A stretch of DNA of 64,000 nucleotides from a bacterium (GCA_037147175.1 JBAWVS010000001.1:43680-107679), one strand, 5' to 3'. Counted from the first letter of the stretch, positions 1 to 10,720 are shown. A program made the numbers and translations. Notes: a model not told the origin generated them from the sequence alone.

Positions 1-549
1 CTGTTCAGATATATCTTTATTACTTAATCCTTCTGCAATAAGCCTCAAAACGTCTTTTTCTCTTGGAGTTAATCCAAAATCAGTATAAGTTTCTTGATTT
101 TCTTTTTGTATTTGATTACTAATTGTTTTTGACTGAAGATATTCCATAATATATGCAGCAACAGAAGAATCAATCCACATAGTTCCTTCATTAACAGTTT
201 TTATTATATTTATAAGCTCATCAATTTTAATATTTTTCATACAATATGCATCAGCACCTGAATTAAAGGCAGACAATACATTTTCTTTTTCGGTATAAGA
301 CGTAAACATAATAATTTTGATATTCGGATTATATTGTTTAATTTCTTTTGTGGCATCAATTCCGTTCAAAACAGGCATTGATATATCCATTAAAATTAAA
401 TCAGGATTTAATTTTATCGCTAAATCTATAATTTTCTTACCATTTTCAGCTTCTGCCAAAACTTCAATTTCCGAATATTTTTTTAATCCGAAAGCTATTC
501 TTTGTCTTGTAAGTTCATGATCTTCAGCGATAAGTATTTTTATTTTCAT
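1..549 (-). CDS. NarL/FixJ-family response regulator (REC + LuxR-type HTH), C-terminus cut by window edge
   Basis: Absent from the ORF track because it runs off the window. My minus-strand translation from ATG at 549: MKIKILIAEDHELTRQRIAFGLKK...DLILMDISMPVLNG... then LTPREKDVLRLIAEGLSNKDISEQ (LuxR HTH). Starts 7 nt after the kinase stop, so an HK-RR operon. Track ORF 317..520(+) is antisense noise. Confidence 0.85.
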   Translation of the reverse strand, partial: MKIKILIAEDHELTRQRIAFGLKKYSEIEVLAEAENGKKIIDLAIKLNPDLILMDISMPVLNGIDATKEIKQYNPNIKIIMFTSYTEKENVLSAFNSGADAYCMKNIKIDELINIIKTVNEGTMWIDSSVAAYIMEYLQSKTISNQIQKENQETYTDFGLTPREKDVLRLIAEGLSNKDISEQ

Positions 550-555
550 AATTAT

Positions 556-2211
556 TTATATCCAATTCTCTTCAAATTTAGTAGGCAATTTTATTATAAA
601 TCTTGTATATTTATCTTTTTCGCTTTGAACGGAGATTTCTCCGTTATGAAGCCGGATTAACTCTTTACATACAAATAATCCCAGACCCGAACCTATTTTT
701 CTTTCATAACTTTTCCCTGTAAAGTACCGATCAAATATATGTTCAATGTCTTCCTGCAAAATACCGTTCCCGTTATCTTCAATATTAATATTAATGAATT
801 TTTCATAAGAATCCACAGATATCAAAACTTTGCCTTCATCTGAGATATTTTCAATTGAATTTGATACAAGGTTTAAAAATATTCTGTTTAAAGAATTTTG
901 ATCAGCAACTATAAAGGGAAAATCATTCGGGATTTGATTTATTAAACATATATTTTTCTCTTGAGCTAAAATTTGTAGTTGCTCAAAGCAATTTTCGACC
1001 ACATCATAAAGATTTATCTTTGTCATAGTGAGTTTTAAATCTTTTAAGTCAAAGCGGTATGCTTCAAGAATAAGGTTTACCATTCTCAAAATATGGCTGT
1101 TATTTTTTTCAAGATTTTTCGCCAGTTCAAAACTGTCTTTTAATCCTAATTCTTCAAATTCTTTTGAAATTAATTCAAGCGTTTTTTCCTGAGCTATCAA
1201 AGGAGTTCTAAGATCATGGGTCAGGTTTGATATAAAACTGTTTCTTATTTCTTCTTTCTCTTTTAATCCTGTTACGACTTTATTAAAACTTTCAAACGCA
1301 TGTTGTAATTCTTTTTGGGCGATATTTGTATTTAATTGGGACAATAATTCACCCTGTTGTAATTTATTTAAAGCATTAGACAGGGTTAACAAAGGTTTTA
1401 TAAAGTTATTATTGAGATATAAGCCAATAAATAAACTAAATAATGCGCCTGTAAATAAAATTATCATTCCGAGTTTTTCAGGTGCAATCCAAGGTCCGGG
1501 GGGCGGATTATGACGTTTTAACAATATTGAAGCAATTGTTTTACCTCTATAATCAGTTAATTTTATTACATCATGCGGAATATTTTTATTTTTTGGAATT
1601 CCCGTAAGTTCATTTTCCGGTAATCTTTTTTTATTTTCTTTTAATAGAAATGGCGGTGAAAACGGATCTTTTACTGTTTCCAAAAGATTATTTTTATTTA
1701 TTTTATCTCCTGAATACAACTCCATATCGAAAGGACCTGCCGGAAATAATTCTTTAATATCAACTTTATAAACAATCTTAATTCCGCTGATATCAACTTT
1801 TTTAAAAGGGACAATATAAACAGCTGACAATTCCGGTTTTTTATTGTCCTGATTTTCCGTTAAATCATAATATGCAGTTATTCTTTCATATTGATTTAAG
1901 TTTTTGACTACAAAGTCCTTATTAGCAGCTATCCAACTTACCTGTTTTACTTCTAAAATATTTTTTAATTGTTTTAAAGAAATATCTTTTATCGGAGTAT
2001 TTTCTATAACTCGTAAAATATTATTCTCTCTTACTTTTAAATAGTTTTTACTTGTAAAATTCAACTGCTTAAAGCCAATTGAAAAAATACGCTGTTCTTT
2101 ATCTTTCTTTAAATGTTTCTCTTGATATTGATGCCAGGAAAACATTAAAAACAAAGGCAAAATAGCAGAAATTAAAAATAAAATAATGAAATATTTTGAA
2201 AACTTAAGCAT
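556..2211 (-). CDS. Sensor histidine kinase (HisKA + HATPase_c)
   Basis: 551 aa. N-terminal TM helix, second TM near residue 250. H-box SNLTHDLRTPL; N/G boxes FLNLVSNSIEN, IEDNGNGI, GSGLGL. Confidence 0.9.
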   Translation of the reverse strand: MLKFSKYFIILFLISAILPLFLMFSWHQYQEKHLKKDKEQRIFSIGFKQLNFTSKNYLKVRENNILRVIENTPIKDISLKQLKNILEVKQVSWIAANKDFVVKNLNQYERITAYYDLTENQDNKKPELSAVYIVPFKKVDISGIKIVYKVDIKELFPAGPFDMELYSGDKINKNNLLETVKDPFSPPFLLKENKKRLPENELTGIPKNKNIPHDVIKLTDYRGKTIASILLKRHNPPPGPWIAPEKLGMIILFTGALFSLFIGLYLNNNFIKPLLTLSNALNKLQQGELLSQLNTNIAQKELQHAFESFNKVVTGLKEKEEIRNSFISNLTHDLRTPLIAQEKTLELISKEFEELGLKDSFELAKNLEKNNSHILRMVNLILEAYRFDLKDLKLTMTKINLYDVVENCFEQLQILAQEKNICLINQIPNDFPFIVADQNSLNRIFLNLVSNSIENISDEGKVLISVDSYEKFININIEDNGNGILQEDIEHIFDRYFTGKSYERKIGSGLGLFVCKELIRLHNGEISVQSEKDKYTRFIIKLPTKFEENWI

Positions 2212-2301
2212 TTATATTTTCCTGCAAAACCAGCTATTATATAATAATTAGAATACCATTTAATTAGTGTTTACTGATTAGTTCTTAAGAATAGTTTTTA
2301 G

Positions 2302-2637
2302 TTGATATTTTATCTCAATTAGGACACAGGAAATTTATGTCGTTCCCAGATAGCACAAGGTTTATTGCTTCATTATTATGAAGATAAATATGAAGTTTTT
2401 AGTGCAGGAACAAAACCATCTGTTGTCAATAAAAATGCAATAAAAGTGATGAAAGAAATCGGCATTGATATTTCAGGACAAAAATCTAAGCATGTTAATG
2501 AATTTATAAATCAGACTTTTGACATAATAATAACGGTTTGTGATAATGCTAAAGAAGCTTGTCCTGTTTTTCTAGGCAAGGTTTTTAGAGAAGTACGAAA
2601 TCAGATTAAAGATAAAATAACTGATTATTTCAACTAA
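2302..2637 (+). pseudogene. arsC: Decayed thioredoxin-type arsenate reductase (LMW-PTP family ArsC)
   Basis: Track ORF 2365..2637 matches the ArsC core (YEVFSAGT..NAIKVMKEIGIDISGQ..TVCDNAKEACP). Reading upstream in the same frame gives LIFYLN*DTGNLCRSQIAQG. The P-loop CTGNSCRS is recognisable, but the catalytic Cys position reads N-stop-D (TAG at 2320). About 25 aa (the HWGFDDP region) are missing before FREVRNQIKDKI. Confidence 0.7.
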
Positions 2638-2686
2638 TTTAGGCTATCCTGATTTTACAAAACTTGGAACTGTTTCTCTTTAAGTT

Positions 2687-3037
2687 TTAATGACTGCAAC
2701 CGCAACTACAGGAATTAGAAACTGTTTTTAAAGCTCCATTCAAATAATCCAAAACAAGTTTTTCAGGTTCTTCAATCGGAGCCCCAACAATAACTTTAAT
2801 TCCTTGCTGTTTAAGCATTTCCTGTGCAGGAATTCCCATTCCTCCTGCTATAACAATAGTTGCTCCATTTTCCGATACCCATGGTGACATGTATTCATGA
2901 CAATGCCCTTCAGGTTTTTTTGTTTCTTTGGAGATTATTTTATTTGATGTTTCATCAACTTCAATAAATGTAAAAAGCTTACAGCTTCCAAAGTGAGCAC
3001 ATAATTTATCATTCTCTGTCGGAATCGCAATTTTCAT
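2687..3037 (-). CDS. NifB/NifX-like (dinitrogenase FeMo-cofactor-binding fold) small protein
   Basis: MKIAIPTENDKLCAHFGSCKLFTFIEVD...IVIAGGMGIPAQEMLKQQGIKVI is typical of this fold; Cys-rich tail SCSCGCSH. Start moved to the second Met (3037), which has a GAAGGGGA SD; the track start is 3067. Confidence 0.7.
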   Translation of the reverse strand: MKIAIPTENDKLCAHFGSCKLFTFIEVDETSNKIISKETKKPEGHCHEYMSPWVSENGATIVIAGGMGIPAQEMLKQQGIKVIVGAPIEEPEKLVLDYLNGALKTVSNSCSCGCSH

Positions 3038-3139
3038 AAGTTTAGTCCCCTTCTGTTTTTTGGTCATTAAAATTTAAAAAATTTACCGCTGCTTATTTTC
3101 ATAGTAAACTCTTATTGAATGTTACTATTATAATATAAG

Positions 3140-3159
3140 TTGACAATTTGAATTGTCAA
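3140..3159. promoter_or_regulatory. 9-2-9 perfect palindrome TTGACAATT-tg-AATTGTCAA, candidate MerR-type operator overlapping a -35 TTGACA
   Basis: Read directly. Lies 52 nt upstream of the MerR-family gene start (3211), in the divergent region with the NifX-like gene. The -10 candidates ATTAAA and TAAAAT sit 19 and 21 nt after TTGACA; long spacers are typical of MerR promoters. Confidence 0.5.
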
Positions 3160-3210
3160 GTGCAATTAAAATTTTAGATAATGAGTTAAATATCTTTAAT
3201 TAGGTGAAAA

Positions 3211-3600
3211 ATGCAAGTTGATGAAAATTTACCTGTATATCCTATGGGTGTAGCTTCTAAGATTCTGGATGTCCACCCTAGAACCCTGCGGATTTATGAA
3301 GATGAAGGATTGATTAAACCTTCTCGACAAGGCGGGAAGAGAATGTTTTCTCAAAATGACATAGCGTGGATTCAATGTATAAGAAAACTTATCCATGAAG
3401 AAAATCTAAGTATTCCCGGAATCAAAAAATTACTGGAATTTATGCCATGCTGGAAGTTAAAAGATTGTCCGCTTGAAGTAAGAATAAATTGTGCTGCTTT
3501 AAAAGAACGTGAAAAAAAATGCTGGGAACTTGCACAGAAAGCTTGCGAGAAGTCTTGTCAGAGTTGTGAAGTGTACTTAAAAGAGAATAAAAATGACTGA
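3211..3600 (+). CDS. MerR-family transcriptional regulator with Cys-rich C-terminal domain
   Basis: N-terminal MerR/HspR-like HTH (YPMGVASKILDVHPRTLRIYEDEGLIKPSR). Seven Cys between residues 80 and 119, including CEKSCQSC (CX3CX2C). Confidence 0.8.
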   Translation: MQVDENLPVYPMGVASKILDVHPRTLRIYEDEGLIKPSRQGGKRMFSQNDIAWIQCIRKLIHEENLSIPGIKKLLEFMPCWKLKDCPLEVRINCAALKEREKKCWELAQKACEKSCQSCEVYLKENKND

Positions 3601-4171
3601 ATCCATTAAATTTGACCCTAAAAAACTGGAAAAATTAAACAATCCTGATAGGGCAAAAACGCTGAATCCTGATTTAATCTGGGAAACATTAAACATGTCG
3701 AATCCTGAAGCCTTAGTTGATGTAGGAGCAGGTACAGGATTTTTTGCTTCACTGTTCTGTAAAAAAATGACTCAAGGAAAAATATATGCCTGTGATACAG
3801 CAGACATTATGATTAACTGGATGAAAGAAAACCTTTCTAATGAAGGGAATTGCAGTATTATTCCAACAAAATGCGAAGAAAATTTAATCCCAATTCCTGA
3901 TGGCATAGCAGACTTAGCTTATTTTATAAATTTGTATCATGAACTTGAAGAACCTAAATCAATGCTCTTAGAATCTTATCGCCTTTTAAAGAATAGCGGA
4001 AAAATTGCTGTAATTGACTGGAAGCCAGAAGAAACTCCGGAAGGACCTCCTGCTAAAATTCGTATATCAGAAAATATTGTATTTAATCATCTTGAAGCTT
4101 CAGGATTTACTAACATTAAAAATCATAATATTTTACCTTATCACTACTTTTTTACAGGAGAAAAATTATAA
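3593..4171 (+). CDS. Class I SAM-dependent methyltransferase
   Basis: SAM motif I VDVGAGTGFF. 8-nt overlap with the MerR gene suggests translational coupling. Confidence 0.8.
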   Translation: MTESIKFDPKKLEKLNNPDRAKTLNPDLIWETLNMSNPEALVDVGAGTGFFASLFCKKMTQGKIYACDTADIMINWMKENLSNEGNCSIIPTKCEENLIPIPDGIADLAYFINLYHELEEPKSMLLESYRLLKNSGKIAVIDWKPEETPEGPPAKIRISENIVFNHLEASGFTNIKNHNILPYHYFFTGEKL

Positions 4172-4233
4172 AAAAATACAAATTATTAAGATTTTCTTAA
4201 ATACACTATACTTTTCCAAAAACATATATTAAT

Positions 4234-4265
4234 ATAATTATATAAAGATATTCTTATATAATTAT
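4234..4265. promoter_or_regulatory. AT-rich inverted repeat ATAATTATATAA(A)G-n5-CTTATATAATTAT upstream of trxA; possible ArsR operator or promoter
   Basis: 13-bp arms with one extra A, read directly; 29 nt upstream of the trxA ATG. AT-only palindromes arise easily in this composition. Confidence 0.25.
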
Positions 4266-4293
4266 TATTTTATATAGATAAGGAGAAAAAATT

Positions 4294-4617
4294 ATGAGCA
4301 AAGCATTAGAAGTTTCAGATGTAGTTTTTGATAATGAAGTTAAAAGGTCAACGCTTCCTGTATTGGTTGATTTTTGGGCACCGTGGTGCGGACCTTGTAA
4401 AATGCAGATTCCTGTAATTGATGATTTATCACAGGAATTAGAAGGAAAAGTAAAATTTGTAAAAATAAATGTTGATGAAAACCGGCTAAAGGCAGGTGAA
4501 TTTAATGTAAGCGGAATTCCTGCCCTTCTTTTGTTCAAAGACGGAAAACTTATTGAAAGAATGTCAGGTTTTCATCAAAAAACTCAACTTAAATCAATTT
4601 TACAAAAACATATATAG
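4294..4617 (+). CDS. trxA: Thioredoxin
   Basis: 107 aa, WAPWCGPCK active site, SD AAGGAG upstream. Confidence 0.95.
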   Translation: MSKALEVSDVVFDNEVKRSTLPVLVDFWAPWCGPCKMQIPVIDDLSQELEGKVKFVKINVDENRLKAGEFNVSGIPALLLFKDGKLIERMSGFHQKTQLKSILQKHI

Positions 4618-4630
4618 GATAAAACAAATT

Positions 4631-4918
4631 ATGAAAAACAAATGCGAAGAAATGGCAGAAATATTTAAAGCTTTATCCCATCCGATAAGGCTGAGAATAG
4701 TTTGCGGACTTATACAGAAAAAAGAATGCAACGTAACAAAAATGGTTACTCATTTAAATATGCCTCAGCCTAATGTATCTCAGCATATAAATATTTTAAA
4801 AAATGCTGACATTATAGAAGGATACAGAAACGGAAATGAAATTTGCTATAAAGTAACTAACAAAATTGTTGAAAAAATGATACAAGCCTTGGAGCTTGAA
4901 ACATTGGAGGTAAAATAA
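4631..4918 (+). CDS. ArsR/SmtB-family transcriptional regulator
   Basis: FKALSHPIRLRIV...NVSQHINILKNADII winged HTH. Start placed at MKNKCEE (4631); the track start 4553 would overlap trxA. Confidence 0.85.
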   Translation: MKNKCEEMAEIFKALSHPIRLRIVCGLIQKKECNVTKMVTHLNMPQPNVSQHINILKNADIIEGYRNGNEICYKVTNKIVEKMIQALELETLEVK

Positions 4919-5097
4919 TGATAACAATTGACAAAAATAAGTGCCCTCAAAATCACAGATGTCCCGCAATAAAAGTTTGCCCTGTGAATGCTATTTCTCA
5001 AACAGATTATAAGCTTCCTGTCATTAATAATGAAATCTGTATTGAGTGTAAAAAATGTATAAGCTTTTGCCCTATGCGAGCAATACATGAAGTCTAA
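4918..5097 (+). CDS. Small 4Fe-4S ferredoxin-domain protein (59 aa), missing from the ORF track
   Basis: My translation: MITIDKNKCPQNHRCPAIKVCPVNAISQTDYKLPVINNEICIECKKCISFCPMRAIHEV. Contains CxxCxxCxxxCP plus a second Cys triad ending CP. SD GGAGG lies 8 nt upstream; the ATG overlaps the ArsR stop (TAATG). Confidence 0.75.
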   Translation: MITIDKNKCPQNHRCPAIKVCPVNAISQTDYKLPVINNEICIECKKCISFCPMRAIHEV

Positions 5098-5119
5098 AAT
5101 ATTGTTTCGGAGTTGGAAA

Positions 5120-6469
5120 ATGCGTAAATTATTAATATTTCTAACATTTTTATTACTTATAAATCCTGTATTTGCACAACAGGAGATAAAACCTTCTTCT
5201 GCTTTATCTATGAAAGAAGCTATTAACTGTGCCCTTCAAAACAACAATGAATTAAAAGCATTAAGAAATTCCTTATCGGCGCAACAAAGAGAAATAGGCA
5301 TCGCCAAAAGCGACCTTATGCCGAAAGTCAGATTTGATGAAATTTTTATAAGCACAAACAATCCTGCTGTTGATTTTGCTCTCAGGATAAATCAGAGAAG
5401 GTTTACTTCCGGGGATTTAGCCAATGCACCCGGGTCGTTTAATAAGCCTGATACAATAAACAATTTTCTTACAGCCGTAACTCTGGAACAACCGATATAT
5501 GTCAGAAAATCTTTTGTAGGGTTGGATATGGCAAAAAAAGAATACTCTGCTCAGACTTTTGATTTTTTCAGAAAGCAGGAAGAAATTGCTTTTAATGTTT
5601 CTAAAACTTATTTATCGGCAATGACGGCACAAGAATACATTAATGTATCTCAAAAAGCAGTTGTTGATTCAAAAGAACATTTAAGAATTGCGCAGGTTAG
5701 ATTTAAAACAGGGTTAGGGCTATACTCTGATGTTTTAAGAGCTTCTACGGCAGTAACGGAGGCTGAACAAAAGCTTGTTTCAGCCAATAAGAATTTAAGT
5801 CTTGCCAAAAGAGCATTGGGATTGCTTCTCGGAATACGTACTTCTGTGGAGATAAATTCCGTAACTCCTCAGCTCTGTATAAAAAATATCGATTATGCAG
5901 ATACAGCTATTGCTTCTCGAAATGACGTAAAATCCCTCGAAGCAAAAGTTGAAAATGCCAACAACAATGTTAAATATGCAGAATCTGATTATTACCCGAG
6001 TGTATCAAGCTTCGGTTCGTATCAGCTTTATGATAACAGAGCGCCTTTTGCAGCGGAAGGACATAACTTTATTGCAGGTGCTGCTGTTAAATGGGAAGTT
6101 TTTGACGGATTAAAGACAAAAAACAAAAAATTACAGGCAAAAGACATGGTTTTAGAAGCACAGGACTATCTTGAAGGGTTTAAGAATCAAATAGCATACA
6201 AGATTTTTGAATCCTGTCAAAACATAGAAGAAGTTCAGAAAAATCTTGAACTCTCAACTTCTGCTTTAAAAACCGCTGAAGAAGGTAAAAGGCTTGTTTT
6301 AAAGAGATGGGAAAACTCTTTATCACCTATGGTTGACCTGCTTGATGCTCAGATTAATCTTGATAAAGCAAGAGCGGATGTGGTTAAAACTACTAACGAT
6401 TATAAAGTTGCATTACTGAGTCTTAGTTTTGAAAGCGGTATTTTGTTCAAAGACTTGGGGATTGAGTAG
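5120..6469 (+). CDS. TolC-family outer-membrane efflux protein
   Basis: Signal peptide MRKLLIFLTFLLLINPVFAQQ; two OEP-type repeat halves. Start moved from 5087 to 5120. Confidence 0.85.
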   Translation: MRKLLIFLTFLLLINPVFAQQEIKPSSALSMKEAINCALQNNNELKALRNSLSAQQREIGIAKSDLMPKVRFDEIFISTNNPAVDFALRINQRRFTSGDLANAPGSFNKPDTINNFLTAVTLEQPIYVRKSFVGLDMAKKEYSAQTFDFFRKQEEIAFNVSKTYLSAMTAQEYINVSQKAVVDSKEHLRIAQVRFKTGLGLYSDVLRASTAVTEAEQKLVSANKNLSLAKRALGLLLGIRTSVEINSVTPQLCIKNIDYADTAIASRNDVKSLEAKVENANNNVKYAESDYYPSVSSFGSYQLYDNRAPFAAEGHNFIAGAAVKWEVFDGLKTKNKKLQAKDMVLEAQDYLEGFKNQIAYKIFESCQNIEEVQKNLELSTSALKTAEEGKRLVLKRWENSLSPMVDLLDAQINLDKARADVVKTTNDYKVALLSLSFESGILFKDLGIE

Positions 6470-6483
6470 AAAGGAAAACAATT

Positions 6484-7563
6484 ATGAAAAAAATAATACT
6501 TTCATTGATAATATTGTCTGCATTAACAGCAGGTTGTACGTCTAAAAAGGAACAAGCCTCAGATAAACCTCAAATTTCAGGCATTGAAGTCAAAGCCATA
6601 AATAAAACAGCTGTTGATGATTTTTATGAAACTTCTGCAACTGTCAAATCTAAGATTTCAAGTGTTGTTTCAAGCATGATAATGGGGCGGGTGACTTCTT
6701 TAAGAGTGAAGGAGGGCGATAAGGTAAGAGCAGGGCAGCTTTTATTAACTATAGACAGCAGAGATACCGTTCAAAAAGCTATTGGTGCTCAGGCAGGAGT
6801 TAATGAAGCATTGAAAGGAACAGAAGAAGCTGACCAAAACAGAAAACTAACAAATAAAACCTATCAGCGATATGAAAATTTATATAAAGAAAATGTCCTC
6901 ACCAAACAGGAATTTGACCAGATTTCCACCCAAAAACAAGTTGCTGATTTGGAATACCAAAAGGCAATGCAGGGAGTAAAAAGAGCTAAAGCAGGTCTGG
7001 GAGAAGTCGGCGTTTATCAGAGTTATTCAAGAGTAACTGCACCTGTGTCGGGCATAGTTGTTGAGAAAAATATTGATTTAGGAAGTATGGCAGTTTCGGG
7101 ACAGCCTCTATTAACTATCGAAACCACTTCAAACCTTGAACTTGTTGCAGATATTAACGAAAGTATGATTGATAAAATCAAAATCGGCACACCTGTTTAT
7201 CTTGAATCAGATGGCAAAGAAATTAAAAGTAAAATAACTTCTGTAATTCCTAAAATAGACCCGATGACAAGAACTTTCAAGGTTAAAATTGCTTTTTTAG
7301 GTTTAAATTCAGGCGGTTACGTCAAAGTTAAAATACCCACCGCTAAAAAAGAAGCTATAGCTGTTCCTCAAAATTCAGTTGTCCAAAAAGGACAATTGAC
7401 AGGAGTTTATACGGTTGATGAGAAAAATATAATTTCTTACAGACTGATAAGAACAGGAAAAACTTTTGGCAATAATGTTGAAGTGCTTTCAGGTTTAAAC
7501 AATGGCGATAAAGTTATAACAAAGGGTGTTGATAAAGCTGTTGACGGGGGAGAAGTTAAATGA
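6484..7563 (+). CDS. RND efflux periplasmic adaptor (MFP/HlyD family), lipoprotein
   Basis: Lipobox LTAGC. Biotinyl-lipoyl-like, coiled-coil and beta-barrel segments ([17 protein letters not shown]). Confidence 0.85.
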   Translation: MKKIILSLIILSALTAGCTSKKEQASDKPQISGIEVKAINKTAVDDFYETSATVKSKISSVVSSMIMGRVTSLRVKEGDKVRAGQLLLTIDSRDTVQKAIGAQAGVNEALKGTEEADQNRKLTNKTYQRYENLYKENVLTKQEFDQISTQKQVADLEYQKAMQGVKRAKAGLGEVGVYQSYSRVTAPVSGIVVEKNIDLGSMAVSGQPLLTIETTSNLELVADINESMIDKIKIGTPVYLESDGKEIKSKITSVIPKIDPMTRTFKVKIAFLGLNSGGYVKVKIPTAKKEAIAVPQNSVVQKGQLTGVYTVDEKNIISYRLIRTGKTFGNNVEVLSGLNNGDKVITKGVDKAVDGGEVK

Positions 7564-10500
7564 ATCTCGGAATATCAGGCAGAATTGCTAAAGCTTTTAT
7601 ACAATCAAAACTTACTCCGCTTATAATTTTAGCTTCTATAATTCTGGGAATATTCGCGGTGGCGGTTACTCCGAGAGAAGAAGAACCGCAAATTATTGTT
7701 CCTATGGCAGATGTTTTTGTGCAAGCTCCGGGGCTTTCTGCTCATGAAGTGGAATCACGTGTTACAAAGCCTATGGAAAAACTTTTATGGGAAATAAAAG
7801 GCGTTGAATATGTTTATTCTATCGTCAAACCAGGCATGAATTTAACTATAGTCAGGTTTTATGTTGGACAAGACCAAGAAAAGAGTATAGTTAAGCTTTA
7901 TAACAAATTAATGTCGAATTATGACAAAATTCCGCAGGGAGTATCGCAGCCGTTGGTTAAAGTTCGGTCGATTGACGATGTTCCGATTCTTTCTATGACT
8001 TTATCAAGCACCGATAAAAACTATTCAGGATACGAATTAAGAAGAATAGCAGGAGAAGTCGGTGATGAACTCAAAAAAGGTAATGATGTTTCCGAAGTTA
8101 ATATAATAGGCGGGCAGAAAAGACAGGTAAAAGTAACTTTTGACCCCGTAAAACTCAGAGGATATAACTTAAGTCCGTTTCAAATAACCCAAGCCATTCA
8201 GAAGTCAAATTTTATTGCAGATTCTGGAAAATTTTCTTCAAACAATAATGAATTTACCGTTCAGACAGGCGGATTCTTAAATAATTCTGACGAAATAGGT
8301 AATCTTGTCGTAAATACTTCTAACGGAGCACCTGTTTATCTCAAAGATGTTGCGGATATTCAGGATACAGCGGAAGAACCTTCTAACTATGTTTTTAATT
8401 GGGATAAAAAAACAGGCTCTAATGAAGCTGTGACAATTTCTTTGTCAAAGAAAAAAGGAGCTAATGCAACTGTTATAGCCGAAGATGCTATTAAAAAAGT
8501 CGAAGCTTTAAAAGGCGAACTTATCCCTCACGATGTAAATGTCACAGTAACCAGAAATTACGGAGAAACTGCAAAAGACAAGTCTGATGAACTTCTTGAG
8601 CATATGATGATTGCTACGATTTCTGTAATTATACTCATTGCTTTATTTTTAGGCAAAAGAGAAGCGGTTGTCGTAGCGGTCGCAGTTCCTGTAACTCTTG
8701 CACTGACTTTGTTAATAAGTTATCTGCTCGGCTATACTTTAAACAGGGTGACACTTTTTGCCCTTATATTCTCGATAGGGATTCTTGTAGATGATGCAAT
8801 AGTGGTCGTAGAGAATATTCACAGGCACTTCAAAATAGAAGGAGCCAGTCTGAAAACTGCGATAAAAGCTGTTGACGAAGTAGGAAACCCTACTATTCTT
8901 GCAACATTTACAGTAGTTGCTTCGCTTTTACCTATGGCATTTGTATCGGGTCTTATGGGTCCTTATATGCGCCCGATTCCTGTCGGTGCTTCTGCTGCTA
9001 TGGTGTTTTCATTGCTTGTAGCTTTTATAGTCAGTCCGTGGCTCAGTTTTATAGTTTTGAAAAATGTAAAATCAACAGGTCACGATGAAGAAGAAGACAG
9101 CAAATTTATTGATTATTATAAAAAAATCATAACTTCATTAATTGAAAACAGAAATAAACGCCTGAAAGCTATTGCTGTAATTCTCGGGTTGCTAGTTGTT
9201 TCGATGCTATTAATTCCGCTGAAAGCCGTACAATTTAAGATGCTGCCGTTTGATAACAAAAGCGAACTTCAGTTGATAATTGATATGCCGGCGGGAACGA
9301 CACTTGAACAGACGGCTATGGTTACTCAGGAACTCGGCAAGTATATTCAGACAGTTCCTGAAGTTGTAAATTATCAAAGCTATGTCGGAACTTCAGCTCC
9401 GTATAATTTTAACGGACTTGTAAGACATTATTTTCTTAGACAAGAAAGCAATGTAGCCGATATTCAGATTAATTTTCTTCCAAAAGATAAGAGAAAATCG
9501 CAAAGTCATGCAATAGCAAAAAGACTCCGACCTGAATTAAAGAAAATCGGCGATAAATACGGAGCTAAAATAAAACTTGCAGAAATTCCACCCGGTCCTC
9601 CTGTTCTCAGCACCCTTGTTGCAGAAGTTTACGGACCTAATGAAAAAAGACAGGTTGAAATTGCAAAGCAAATCAAAAATATTTTCAATAATACCAAAGG
9701 CGTTGTTGATGTTGACTGGTATGTTGAAGATGACCAATCAAAGATAACTTTTGAAGTCGACAAAGAAAAAGCGGCTTTAAACGGAATAAGTTCAGAAGTA
9801 ATTGCTCAAAGTCTACAAACAGCGCTTGGCGGAACTTCGGCAGGATTATTGCACCTTAATAACGAAAAAGAGCCTGTCGAGATATTAGTCAGAATGCCTC
9901 AATCTCAAAGAGCGGACATTCAATCTTTAAATTCCGTAAGTGTTCCGACTTCATCAGGCGGGTTTGTACAGTTGTCTGAGCTTGTAAAACAGAAGCAGGG
10001 CATAGAAGACAAAACAATTTATCATAAAAACCTCAAGAGAGTCACTTATGTAATAGGTGATGTTGCGCAAGAATACGAAAGCCCTGTCTATGCAATATTA
10101 GATATGCAGAAGAAAGTTGAAAAACTCAACCTTGCCGAAGGTTACAAACTTAAGCAGTACAATATAGTTCAACCTTGGTTAGAAAATAAATATTCCATGA
10201 AGTGGGACGGCGAATGGCATATTACTATTGAAGTTTTCAGAGATATGGGAATTGCATTTGCAGCGGTTTTAGTACTGATTTATGTGCTGGTAGTTGCTTG
10301 GTTTAAGAATTTTATAACCCCATTAATCATCATGGCACCGATTCCGTTGACTTTAGTCGGAATTTTACCTGGGCATTGGATATTCGGAGCGTTTTTTACC
10401 GCAACTTCAATGATTGGATTTATAGCGCTTTCGGGAATAATAGTCAGGAATTCAATCTTGTTGGTTGATTTCATTCAACTTGAACAGGAGGCGGGAAGCA

Positions 10501-10718
10501 GCTTAAAAGATGCGGTAATAAAAGCAGGTGCTGTAAGATTCAGACCTATTGTTTTAACGGCTTTAGCTGTAGTTGTCGGTTCGTTTGTAATGGTACTCGA
10601 CCCGATATTTCAGGGGCTTGCAATTGCTATGATGTTCGGTGCGGTAGTTGCTACGATTCTAACCTTGATTATCGTTCCGATTTTATATTACGAATTTTTC
10701 AGAAATAAAGGAGAATAA
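7560..10718 (+). CDS. RND-superfamily efflux permease
   Basis: 1052 aa, about 12 TM with two large periplasmic loops. Motif [20 protein letters not shown]. 4-nt overlap with the MFP gene. Confidence 0.9.
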   Translation: MNLGISGRIAKAFIQSKLTPLIILASIILGIFAVAVTPREEEPQIIVPMADVFVQAPGLSAHEVESRVTKPMEKLLWEIKGVEYVYSIVKPGMNLTIVRFYVGQDQEKSIVKLYNKLMSNYDKIPQGVSQPLVKVRSIDDVPILSMTLSSTDKNYSGYELRRIAGEVGDELKKGNDVSEVNIIGGQKRQVKVTFDPVKLRGYNLSPFQITQAIQKSNFIADSGKFSSNNNEFTVQTGGFLNNSDEIGNLVVNTSNGAPVYLKDVADIQDTAEEPSNYVFNWDKKTGSNEAVTISLSKKKGANATVIAEDAIKKVEALKGELIPHDVNVTVTRNYGETAKDKSDELLEHMMIATISVIILIALFLGKREAVVVAVAVPVTLALTLLISYLLGYTLNRVTLFALIFSIGILVDDAIVVVENIHRHFKIEGASLKTAIKAVDEVGNPTILATFTVVASLLPMAFVSGLMGPYMRPIPVGASAAMVFSLLVAFIVSPWLSFIVLKNVKSTGHDEEEDSKFIDYYKKIITSLIENRNKRLKAIAVILGLLVVSMLLIPLKAVQFKMLPFDNKSELQLIIDMPAGTTLEQTAMVTQELGKYIQTVPEVVNYQSYVGTSAPYNFNGLVRHYFLRQESNVADIQINFLPKDKRKSQSHAIAKRLRPELKKIGDKYGAKIKLAEIPPGPPVLSTLVAEVYGPNEKRQVEIAKQIKNIFNNTKGVVDVDWYVEDDQSKITFEVDKEKAALNGISSEVIAQSLQTALGGTSAGLLHLNNEKEPVEILVRMPQSQRADIQSLNSVSVPTSSGGFVQLSELVKQKQGIEDKTIYHKNLKRVTYVIGDVAQEYESPVYAILDMQKKVEKLNLAEGYKLKQYNIVQPWLENKYSMKWDGEWHITIEVFRDMGIAFAAVLVLIYVLVVAWFKNFITPLIIMAPIPLTLVGILPGHWIFGAFFTATSMIGFIALSGIIVRNSILLVDFIQLEQEAGSSLKDAVIKAGAVRFRPIVLTALAVVVGSFVMVLDPIFQGLAIAMMFGAVVATILTLIIVPILYYEFFRNKGE

Positions 10719-10720
10719 TT

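Noticed and set aside
317-520. Track ORF (67 aa, +) and many similar 60-130 aa track ORFs nested antisense in large genes (e.g. 4254..4538, 9537..9737, 11466..11867, 14387..14713, 17353..17721, 19076..19348, 21128..21520, 29400..29762, 32250..32552, 45701..46171, 46935..47267)
   Set aside because: Each lies entirely opposite a CDS with clear family motifs. They have low-complexity or Ser/Ile/Phe-rich composition typical of antisense frames in AT-rich DNA, and no RBS.
4553-4630. Longer ArsR ORF start at 4553 (and TolC start at 5087, GT4 start at 61564, NifX-like start at 3067)
   Set aside because: These extensions overlap the preceding gene or add non-homologous residues. Internal Met codons with better RBS and family-typical N-termini were preferred.
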